From positions 226,681-290,680 of the forward strand of contig JAIORF010000102.1 in the NCBI GenBank assembly GCA_021108295.1: a DNA stretch of 64,000 nt. The letters run 5' to 3'. The DNA is from a bacterium (GTDB taxonomy: Bacteria; Patescibacteriota; Dojkabacteria; SC72). A model generated the notes under the pieces. That model searched no databases and had not been told where the DNA came from. It saw only the letters and a program-made list of their open reading frames with translations. Of this stretch, positions 56,975 through 64,000 are shown one piece after another (position 1 is the stretch's first letter; every line of letters starts with the position of its first letter). Both the position numbers and the translations under genes were made by a program.

Positions 56975-57778
56975 CTAATTACAAAATTTAATCCAACTAT
57001 CCAAATTTCTATTCTTTAGTATACCAGAGTATTTATTATTAATCGCTTCTGAGCAAAAATCGTCTAAGTTTATATCGTTATCTGTATATTCTACCTGGAA
57101 TACTGGCTTGTTTGCATCAATGAATGGTTTGAAGTCATCACAGAAGTTCCATATATGGCAGTCTTCTAGTAGAGCCCAGTCGTAGTGTTCTATTAGGTCT
57201 TCTACTTGATCAGGGTTGTTTTTCAAACCAATGCACATGTTTCTTAGGTGTACTTGTTTGGATATCCATATGTTAAATTCAAGTTGTTCTTCATAGGTTA
57301 TATTAAATCCTGTGTCTTCCATATATCCTTCTATATTGTCTGGTTCTATAGCATCACATCCTTTTTCTTTAGCAAGATCAAATCTTTTCTCAAGGGTATG
57401 GCTAAAGAGTTTGTAGTTAGATATATCTAGCCATCTTTCTCCTTCCCATCCTTCGTATTCTTGTCCTAGGACTTCTTTAGGGAAGAGTTCTGCATCATCA
57501 CGGTAGTCTTCCCATGCTCCTACGTTGATGTAGCAGATTACTTTCTTACCTTCTTTGTGTAGTTGAGTTATTGTTTCTTTTGGTGTTTCAAAGAGGTCTA
57601 TATCGTAGATATCCGCTTCTATACTCATATCTATTGGATAGGCAGAGAGTTGCCATTGTAGTGTGTTTCCTATCTGTGGGGACCAGTAGTTAGTTTCTTT
57701 CTCCTTAGTGTAGAGAAGAATACTGCCTAGTATGGAGAGGGTTAGGAGGATTATTAGGGTTGTTTTTAGGTGTTTCAT
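56975..57778 (-). CDS. putative glycoside hydrolase family 114-like (TM1410-type) secreted glycosidase
   Basis: It has a signal peptide. The motifs ICYINVGAWEDYRDD and GCDAIEPDN resemble the GH114 (endo-alpha-1,4-polygalactosaminidase) core. It is 267 aa. Confidence 0.4.
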   Translation of the reverse strand: MKHLKTTLIILLTLSILGSILLYTKEKETNYWSPQIGNTLQWQLSAYPIDMSIEADIYDIDLFETPKETITQLHKEGKKVICYINVGAWEDYRDDAELFPKEVLGQEYEGWEGERWLDISNYKLFSHTLEKRFDLAKEKGCDAIEPDNIEGYMEDTGFNITYEEQLEFNIWISKQVHLRNMCIGLKNNPDQVEDLIEHYDWALLEDCHIWNFCDDFKPFIDANKPVFQVEYTDNDINLDDFCSEAINNKYSGILKNRNLDSWIKFCN

Positions 57779-58290
57779 TGTATTGATTTCGTGAAGTCGG
57801 TTACAATCTCAATTTCGTGTCCTTGGAGAGTGTTGTTTCCTCCAAATTCTAGAGTCCCTTTTACAAACTCGCCGTTTAGAACTGTTGGGAGCCAGAGCTC
57901 ATCACCATCCCACATCAAATCGTATGGTATTTCATCTACATTAAACCATTGAGGCTTCATCTCTTCGCTTTCTGAGGGTTCATTATCCCAATTCTCAGTT
58001 AGATAGACATGTGTCAGTTGATTCCAGTCTGTATTATCAGGGCATGTGAATGTTAGTTCAGCTACTTTCTGAAGGTCTAGTACATATACTCCAATTTCTT
58101 CTTGTGCTTCTCTTCTTGCTCCTTGTTCAATTGTTTCTTCTATCTTGTCTCCTACCTTTCCACCTACTCCATTCCATTTGTTAATGCCGAAGCCTCTTTT
58201 CTTCATAGCGAGGCATACTTCAGATATCTTTCCTTTGTTTTTCTTTATAAGGAAGACAATAGTTACATCACGAAATTTTTCTATACTCAA
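57775..58290 (-). CDS. NUDIX hydrolase (MutT-like)
   Basis: It has a NUDIX box, GGKVGDKIEETIEQGARREAQEEIGV. Confidence 0.7.
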   Translation of the reverse strand: MSIEKFRDVTIVFLIKKNKGKISEVCLAMKKRGFGINKWNGVGGKVGDKIEETIEQGARREAQEEIGVYVLDLQKVAELTFTCPDNTDWNQLTHVYLTENWDNEPSESEEMKPQWFNVDEIPYDLMWDGDELWLPTVLNGEFVKGTLEFGGNNTLQGHEIEIVTDFTKSIQ

Positions 58291-58576
58291 TTTGTTAATT
58301 TGTGAAAAGTTATTTAAGTCTCTTTATCTCTTTTGCATTCTTCTTTGTAATTACCTTTGTTCCTGTCTTCTTCTCAATTTCTTTTCTAGCATTACCAGCA
58401 ATCTCACCACCATCTTTCGCTATATCCTTACTTTGTTTAAAGTCTGTTGGTTGTTTTGTTTTTCATTGGTATATTTTAACATAGCTGTATTGAGTTATAC
58501 ATTGAATAAGAGGGTAGTTCATTAGGATTTAACACTTCTGATTTATTAATCCCCCTATATATTGTAAAATACTCTT

Positions 58577-60034
58577 ATGGGACAAAGAGTGATCACTAAA
58601 ACAGACTTCATGTCATATCTAGATGCTCCACGTCATTTGTGGGCAATAAAGCATGGGAAAATGAGTAAGAAAGAAATAGGAGCTTACCTTGGCCATCTCT
58701 ATGAACAGGGATATATGGTTGAAGAACTTGCAGTACAATATATTAAGGAACATCTAATTCCTCAGTACAAAGTAGCAAACGAGGATATATTACTCCAGCT
58801 ATCACAGACTGAAGAGCCTACAAATGATGCAGATGGTCGCTATGAAGCACGTACAGACTTACTCATTAAAAACCCTACTACAAATAAATGGGATATGTAT
58901 GAGGTTAAGTCTTCTACTAAGGTAGATAAAAAACATAAGTATGATGTAACCTTTCAGTCATTGGTATTTGAAAAGCATTACGATCTTGGTGATATCTATA
59001 TCCTTCATCTCAACAAAGAATATTTTAGAGATGGTGAGATTTCTCTTGAGGAGTTGTTTGTTGCAGAGAATGTTACAGAGGTTGTAGAAGAGTTAAAAGA
59101 TGAGGTAAAACAAAAGAGGTATGAAGCATATCTAATGGTAGAGACTGAAAATATTGAAGATGTAGAGAAGTGTATACGTCCTAAGAAGTGTCCCTGTATT
59201 GAATTGTGTCATCCTAACCTACCTGAGTACTCAATATTTGATATTAATAATCTTACTCGCAGTGAGAGGAAGGTAAGAGAGCTTCTGGAGGATGGTGTAC
59301 TGGATATTATGGATGTTCCAAAGGATCTACCTTTGTCTGAGAAGCAGAGACTTCAGGTAGATGTTGCTCAATCGGGAGAGACAACTATTATGGATGTAGA
59401 GATCAGGGAGTCTTTGGATGAGCTTGTTTATCCTTTGTATTTCTTAGATTATGAGACTTTCAATCCTGCAATTCCTATGTATGATGGGTACAAGCCTTAT
59501 GATCAGATGCCTTTTCAATATTCTGTGCATGTACTTAAATCTCCTGGTTCAGAGTTAGAGCATTATGAGTTTGTAGAGACAGAGGCTATTGACCCTATTC
59601 CTAAGATGTTTGATTCTTTAGAGAGTGTGATTGGTAGAGAGGGTTCTATTATTGTCTGGAACAAGTCGTTTGAGGCTACTGTTAATACTCGTGTGGGTGA
59701 GATTCATACTCGTTTTAAAGAGTTTGGAGAGAGTATGAATAGTAGGATGTATGATCTTATGGTTATCTTTAGGGATCCTTTGTATGCAGATCCTAAGTTT
59801 AAGGGGAGTTATTCTATTAAGAAGGTTTTGCCTGTATTAGTTCCAAATCTTTCTTATGATGGTTTAGATATTGGAGAGGGTTCTGTAGCTATGGCTAGTT
59901 GGAATGAGATGGTTTATGGAGAGGGGAAGGATAGGGAGAAGGTAAAGAAAGATTTGTTAAAGTATTGTGAGTTAGATACTTTGGCTATGGTTAGGATATG
60001 GGAGGGGTTGGTGAAGACAATCTCTCAAATCTGA
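58577..60034 (+). CDS. PD-(D/E)xK (Cas4/RecB-like) nuclease fused to a DUF2779-like RNase-H-fold domain
   Basis: The N-terminal nuclease motif is D...YEVKSS (TDLLIKNPTTNKWDMYEVKSS). A Cys cluster, CIRPKKCPCIELC, is present. The C-terminal YFLDYETFNPAIP...PFQYSVH is characteristic of the DUF2779 family as I recall it. Confidence 0.45.
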   Translation: MGQRVITKTDFMSYLDAPRHLWAIKHGKMSKKEIGAYLGHLYEQGYMVEELAVQYIKEHLIPQYKVANEDILLQLSQTEEPTNDADGRYEARTDLLIKNPTTNKWDMYEVKSSTKVDKKHKYDVTFQSLVFEKHYDLGDIYILHLNKEYFRDGEISLEELFVAENVTEVVEELKDEVKQKRYEAYLMVETENIEDVEKCIRPKKCPCIELCHPNLPEYSIFDINNLTRSERKVRELLEDGVLDIMDVPKDLPLSEKQRLQVDVAQSGETTIMDVEIRESLDELVYPLYFLDYETFNPAIPMYDGYKPYDQMPFQYSVHVLKSPGSELEHYEFVETEAIDPIPKMFDSLESVIGREGSIIVWNKSFEATVNTRVGEIHTRFKEFGESMNSRMYDLMVIFRDPLYADPKFKGSYSIKKVLPVLVPNLSYDGLDIGEGSVAMASWNEMVYGEGKDREKVKKDLLKYCELDTLAMVRIWEGLVKTISQI

Positions 60035-60117
60035 ACTATCTCTCATGCCTTCTTTTTCTTATAACATTAACGTTTCTACCTATTACTTTGCTTAAACAAT
60101 TTTGATATAATAAAGTT

Positions 60118-61566
60118 ATGAAAATAAGTTCATTATTCAATCTTAATAAAAGTCAATTCGAATTGGATTTTGTTGATATTGATATCGAACATGATACTCC
60201 CCTTTTTCTTGATCCTTTTCTAATTTCAAGACGTTCTGATTCTCATTCTCAGATGGTAAATGCAACAATTAAGAACTACTTCCAACACTTAATTAGTTTA
60301 ATCAAAACAGGAAACCTTAATGATGCTAAAGGAATCTTTAAACACCTCGATGAACCTAATGATACTTGTTTTGGTTTCTCGCATGATACACCTTGTGGGA
60401 ATGGGATTGGTCCAATCAATCAAGATGACATACTTCAAAGCATAATTAATAGTAAAGCTATAGAATCTGGACTCGTTGAGGATCTTGAAGATACGGCGAT
60501 ATTTATTGAAGGAATTGGGAAAGATAAAGTCTCAGATATGACAACACAAATCATCCGAAAAGATCTTTTACAATATACTAGAGATCAATGTAACCTTTGG
60601 GATATTCCACTCACAAACAACGTTCCAAGTGGATTTTTTTGGGATATTACAAGTAAATCATGGAAACAGACATTCACAACTCGTTTAGTTGCAGATAATA
60701 AAGCTTTTTTATTAATTCCAAAATATTTGGTCTCTTATTATAAAGATTTTATTGATCAACAATATCACCAACATTTCATTTTGAATTATTTACAGGCAGA
60801 GCATCTAGAAAACAATACTAGTTTAGTTCACACAAAAAAACTGAAAAGTGGGGGAATTACAAGACGAGTCCATAAAAAAGATCTAAAAGATTCCGAAGCA
60901 CCCTTAACAAAAGAATATCTCAGAGATTTTACTAAAAAACATCCTGAGATCTTCCAGTACTTTCAGGAAAGGAAAATGGCTACTATATCCTCTTTGACTA
61001 ATTCCGAACTTACAAAAGAGAATTTGTCTCAAGTTGTAGATTTTTTACTATCAGAACTTAATAAAATTACTCCAGGACAAAAGGATGCAAATAAGTATCA
61101 TAATTTAATGATTGGAATCTTAGAATTGGTTTTCTATCCTGATTTGATGAATCCGATAAAGGAAACTAACATACATAAAGGAAGAAAACGTATTGATATT
61201 GTATTCGATAATGGCGCTGACGCGGGATTCTTCCACAGATTACATGATATTCATAAAATCGTCTCTAGCTTTATATTAATTGAATGCAAAAACTTTTCTT
61301 CAGATCTTACCAACCCAGAGTTGGATCAGTTGATTGGGCGATTTGGCGTGAATCGTAGTAAGTTTGGCTTTCTACTATGTAGACATCTAGGTGATACCAA
61401 ACTGTTTACAGAACGCTGCAAGGATACATGGAATGACAAACACGACCTTATACTCCCACTTACTGATGTTGACATTAAAAATATGTTAATAGGAATAAAA
61501 AAGGATAATCTAACCGTTATACAAGATTTATTACAAAAAAAGGCACGAGAGATTATGATGTCATAA
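60118..61566 (+). CDS. putative restriction endonuclease (PD-(D/E)xK core) of an R-M cassette
   Basis: 482 aa. The candidate catalytic motif is RIDIVFD-x19-ILIECKN (D...ExK). It is the first of three co-directional, tightly spaced genes ending with a C5-MTase. Confidence 0.4.
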   Translation: MKISSLFNLNKSQFELDFVDIDIEHDTPLFLDPFLISRRSDSHSQMVNATIKNYFQHLISLIKTGNLNDAKGIFKHLDEPNDTCFGFSHDTPCGNGIGPINQDDILQSIINSKAIESGLVEDLEDTAIFIEGIGKDKVSDMTTQIIRKDLLQYTRDQCNLWDIPLTNNVPSGFFWDITSKSWKQTFTTRLVADNKAFLLIPKYLVSYYKDFIDQQYHQHFILNYLQAEHLENNTSLVHTKKLKSGGITRRVHKKDLKDSEAPLTKEYLRDFTKKHPEIFQYFQERKMATISSLTNSELTKENLSQVVDFLLSELNKITPGQKDANKYHNLMIGILELVFYPDLMNPIKETNIHKGRKRIDIVFDNGADAGFFHRLHDIHKIVSSFILIECKNFSSDLTNPELDQLIGRFGVNRSKFGFLLCRHLGDTKLFTERCKDTWNDKHDLILPLTDVDIKNMLIGIKKDNLTVIQDLLQKKAREIMMS

Positions 61567-61606
61567 TTATATGGTATTATTGTGAAATAAGTTCAAAAAA
61601 GATTTT

Positions 61607-62590
61607 ATGCTTAATAAAGACATTTTACATATTGTCGCCGAGACCTTACATCCAACTACAGAGATTTCTTTAGAAACATTAACCCAAATATTTGAGGGTA
61701 TAATTCTTGACAAAAAGAAATTTAACCATGCTTATTTGACACTTTATATGTACGAGAAGTTTTGCAAAACAAGAGACGTTCAAACACGAAAGACTTCTGC
61801 AAGAGATTTTGAAGACTTTGTTGCAGCAATTTCAAATGGAGAAATTGCAGATAGCTCAACGAGACACAACAGTAACAATCACGACATTCTTGTTGAAAAT
61901 AAAGCAATCACAGAATGGGTTATAAACAATAAAAGAGAGAAGGCTGATATCAATTATCCTAACAACTATAGCATTACTATAAAAACACTTGTTGAAAGTA
62001 ATAAAGAAATTAATATGGGTGCTTTTGAAAAAACAGCTTTATTCGCCGAATTTGGAGTAGTTCAATATTTAGAAGAAAGAAGAAGTTCTACTAAAGGCAC
62101 TGGCCTTGGTTCAAAACCTCAATTATTTAAACTTTTATCTATCCTTCAGAGTAATGGATCTTGGGACAATTTTGCTAATCGTTTTATAAATATGGCAAAA
62201 CACATCTACTCTGACGATATTATCGTATTTATAAAAAGTGAAAAACACCCACTTATTTATTTAATCAGTTCAGACATTTTTAATAAAAAGATGGCTGAAG
62301 CTGTTCAAAGCCCTCAAAGCTTTATCAACATTGTTAATCGTTGGGAAGGAAATAACATTCGAATGAATAGAGACTCTATACTGCATAAAGTAATTCCTCT
62401 TCAACTTAATTTTAGTTATCTGAACAAACATATTATTTCTCAAATAAATACAAACCTCTCTACTATTACAAAAAACTTTGTTTTATATATTGAAGATAAT
62501 CATAATAAGGAAATTTACAAACAAGAGATTTTTGAATTGTGCGAAGAAACGTTGTCTGGTATCGATAATAAATTGTCCGAATTAATTTAA
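61607..62590 (+). CDS. hypothetical protein in the R-M cassette (possible second REase subunit or specificity/control factor)
   Basis: 327 aa. I recognise no motifs. It lies 40 bp downstream of the putative REase gene and 2 bp upstream of the MTase. Confidence 0.35.
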   Translation: MLNKDILHIVAETLHPTTEISLETLTQIFEGIILDKKKFNHAYLTLYMYEKFCKTRDVQTRKTSARDFEDFVAAISNGEIADSSTRHNSNNHDILVENKAITEWVINNKREKADINYPNNYSITIKTLVESNKEINMGAFEKTALFAEFGVVQYLEERRSSTKGTGLGSKPQLFKLLSILQSNGSWDNFANRFINMAKHIYSDDIIVFIKSEKHPLIYLISSDIFNKKMAEAVQSPQSFINIVNRWEGNNIRMNRDSILHKVIPLQLNFSYLNKHIISQINTNLSTITKNFVLYIEDNHNKEIYKQEIFELCEETLSGIDNKLSELI

Positions 62591-62592
62591 CT

Positions 62593-63609
62593 ATGAAAAT
62601 AATTTCTCTTTTTGCAGGTTGTGGAGGGTTAGACTTAGGCTTAAAGGACTATGGGCATAATCTCATATGGGCAAACGACAATGACAAGAATTGTGTTGAA
62701 ACATATGAAAAGAACATTAGTCAGAGAATTATCTTAAAAGACATTTACGATTTGGATATTGATTCCATTCCAAAAGGTGATGTTGTTGTTGGAGGTTTCC
62801 CCTGTCAAGGATTTTCAATAGCAAATCCCTATCGAACCGTAGAAGATAAAAGGAATTTATTGTTTGTACCAATGGCAGAGATAATCAAATCCAAGAGACC
62901 TAAATATTTCATTGGAGAGAACGTTCAAGGGTTAACAAATACCGGTGGATACGAGACATCGGCAGACAAGAAGAATAAAACTGGTCGAATGTTTAAACTT
63001 GTATTAAGAGAATTTTCTAACTCTGGATATAAAGTGTTTTGGGAAATAATTGACGTTAGCAAATTAGGTGTCCCTCAAAAAAGAAAAAGAATAATAATTT
63101 TTGGTATAAGAAAAGATTTATTTGACAAAAGAGTTCCCAAACTCTTTTACTCTGATACAGAAGCTCAGGTAAAAACCATTCGTGATGCTATCTCTGACTT
63201 ACCAAAAGATTTCTCTGATACAATCCCCAATCATACAGGCACTAAACACAAGGTTAAAATCAATGGATATATTGGTAACAGAGCCACAAAATGGGATGAA
63301 CCTTCTCCTACTATTGTTGGGCGAGGTGGTGGAACAGGTGGACCAGTTATAATCCCACATCCAGATCTACATAGAAGATTAAGTATAAGAGAGTGTGCAA
63401 GAATCCAAACATTCCCAGATGATTTTATATTCCAAGGTAGTAATAGCTCACAATATCGTCAAATCGGAAACGCTGTGCCTGTTAAACTTGGTTATTATCT
63501 CGGAAGACTTCTAGATGATTATGATAACAAAAACACCTCTGGAGAGAATTTTATTGAGTTCAAAGAGTTTCTCGACAATACTTACGAAAGAGAACTTTTC
63601 TCAAAATAA
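62593..63609 (+). CDS. DNA (cytosine-5)-methyltransferase
   Basis: Motif I is ISLFAGCGGLDLGL. Motif IV is GGFPCQGFS. Motif VI is ENVQGL. Motif X is QIGNAVP. It is 338 aa. Confidence 0.88.
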   Translation: MKIISLFAGCGGLDLGLKDYGHNLIWANDNDKNCVETYEKNISQRIILKDIYDLDIDSIPKGDVVVGGFPCQGFSIANPYRTVEDKRNLLFVPMAEIIKSKRPKYFIGENVQGLTNTGGYETSADKKNKTGRMFKLVLREFSNSGYKVFWEIIDVSKLGVPQKRKRIIIFGIRKDLFDKRVPKLFYSDTEAQVKTIRDAISDLPKDFSDTIPNHTGTKHKVKINGYIGNRATKWDEPSPTIVGRGGGTGGPVIIPHPDLHRRLSIRECARIQTFPDDFIFQGSNSSQYRQIGNAVPVKLGYYLGRLLDDYDNKNTSGENFIEFKEFLDNTYERELFSK

Positions 63610-63626
63610 ACTGCCTAATTCTAATT

Positions 63627-63700
63627 TGGTTGCGGGACATAGACTCGAACTATGATTCTCGGCTTCAAAGGCCGGCGTCCTACCATTAGACGATCCCGCA
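63627..63700 (-). tRNA. tRNA-Gln (anticodon TTG)
   Basis: Reverse complement reads TGCGGGA TC GTCT AATGGTA GGAC G CCGGC CTTTGAA GCCGA GAATC ATAGT TCGAGTC TATGT TCCCGCA A CCA. It has a U1:A72 pair, as in bacterial tRNA-Gln. Confidence 0.8.
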
Positions 63701-63767
63701 TTAATTTGTAATTATACTACAAAACACCCATATTGAAAAAATATCACTTACAAAGTAATCTTAAGTA

Positions 63768-64000
63768 ATGAAAAAGAAACCAAAAGATAAAGAAGTCCTC
63801 TTTAAAACTAAAGACAGTAACCTAAAGAAAACAAGAAACAAAAGAAGAAGAAAAGGACTCCTACAAAAGATTAACACTAGAAAAATACTCTTCTACACTA
63901 CAATACTACTCATCTGTATAAGTACTGTATTTGGACTAATAAAGATACTCACTAAAACAACCATAGACGAAGAAACTAAAGTTGAAACAATACTAGGACT
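63768..64000 (+). CDS. hypothetical protein, 5' partial (runs off the window)
   Basis: The ATG at 63768 opens MKKKPKDKEVLFKTKDSNLKKTRNKRRRKGLLQKINTRKILFYTTILLICISTVFGLIKILTK... This is a basic N-terminus followed by a TM helix. No stop appears before the window end. Confidence 0.3.
   Translation, partial: MKKKPKDKEVLFKTKDSNLKKTRNKRRRKGLLQKINTRKILFYTTILLICISTVFGLIKILTKTTIDEETKVETILG

Noticed and set aside
1-64000. CRISPR arrays, rRNA genes, transposases or integrases, prophage structural genes
   Set aside because: I searched intergenic regions for short regularly spaced direct repeats and for recognisable transposase, integrase or capsid motifs and found none. The only repeats seen are intragenic protein-domain repeats and the tRNA-Pro duplication.

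Overview
This is an AT-rich window (about one-third GC by eye) from what looks like a bacterial genome: it carries bacterial housekeeping genes (uvrB, mutL, nrdR, obg, rsmI, lemA and a Mur ligase). The lifestyle it implies is small-genome and fermentative. Coding density is high on both strands and the code is standard, with genes ending in TAA or TAG.

Recognisable content:
- A MacB-type ABC transporter pair.
- glmS preceded by a glmS-ribozyme-like leader.
- A LemA plus DUF2207 pair and an M16 peptidase.
- A 2358-aa cell-surface giant protein with Ig-like, PKD-like and Cna-B-like repeats.
- A minimal [FeFe]-hydrogenase H-domain-like protein and a Mur ligase.
- A fermentative block: 2-oxoacid:ferredoxin oxidoreductase alpha and beta subunits plus ADP-forming acetyl-CoA synthetase.
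- Obg, a DnaQ-like exonuclease, an FKBP-type PPIase, a Trx-fused DsbD/CcdA, a RecD-like helicase, Map and TrxB.
- An nrdR-nrdD-nrdG anaerobic ribonucleotide reductase operon with upstream NrdR-box-like palindromes. The NrdD glycyl-radical tail sits in a separate in-frame 40-aa ORF.
- tRNA-Pro plus a degenerate tRNA-Pro copy 1.5 kb downstream.
- A lamin-tail/DUF11 surface protein next to a sortase, then RsmI, MutL, UvrB, a patatin, an SPL-like radical SAM protein and two NUDIX enzymes.
- A DUF2779-like nuclease followed by a three-gene cassette ending in an m5C DNA methyltransferase, next to tRNA-Gln. tRNA-His lies elsewhere in the window.

The most novelty-prone regions are:
- The four-gene block of unknown function (5710-9122) beside tRNA-His, which includes a small PD-(D/E)xK-like protein translationally coupled to a membrane-anchored protein with an Rx5H motif.
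- The cassette bounded by tRNA-Pro and its degenerate copy.
- The split nrdD.
- The proton-relay-Cys-lacking hydrogenase-like gene.

No CRISPR array, rRNA or transposase was recognised.
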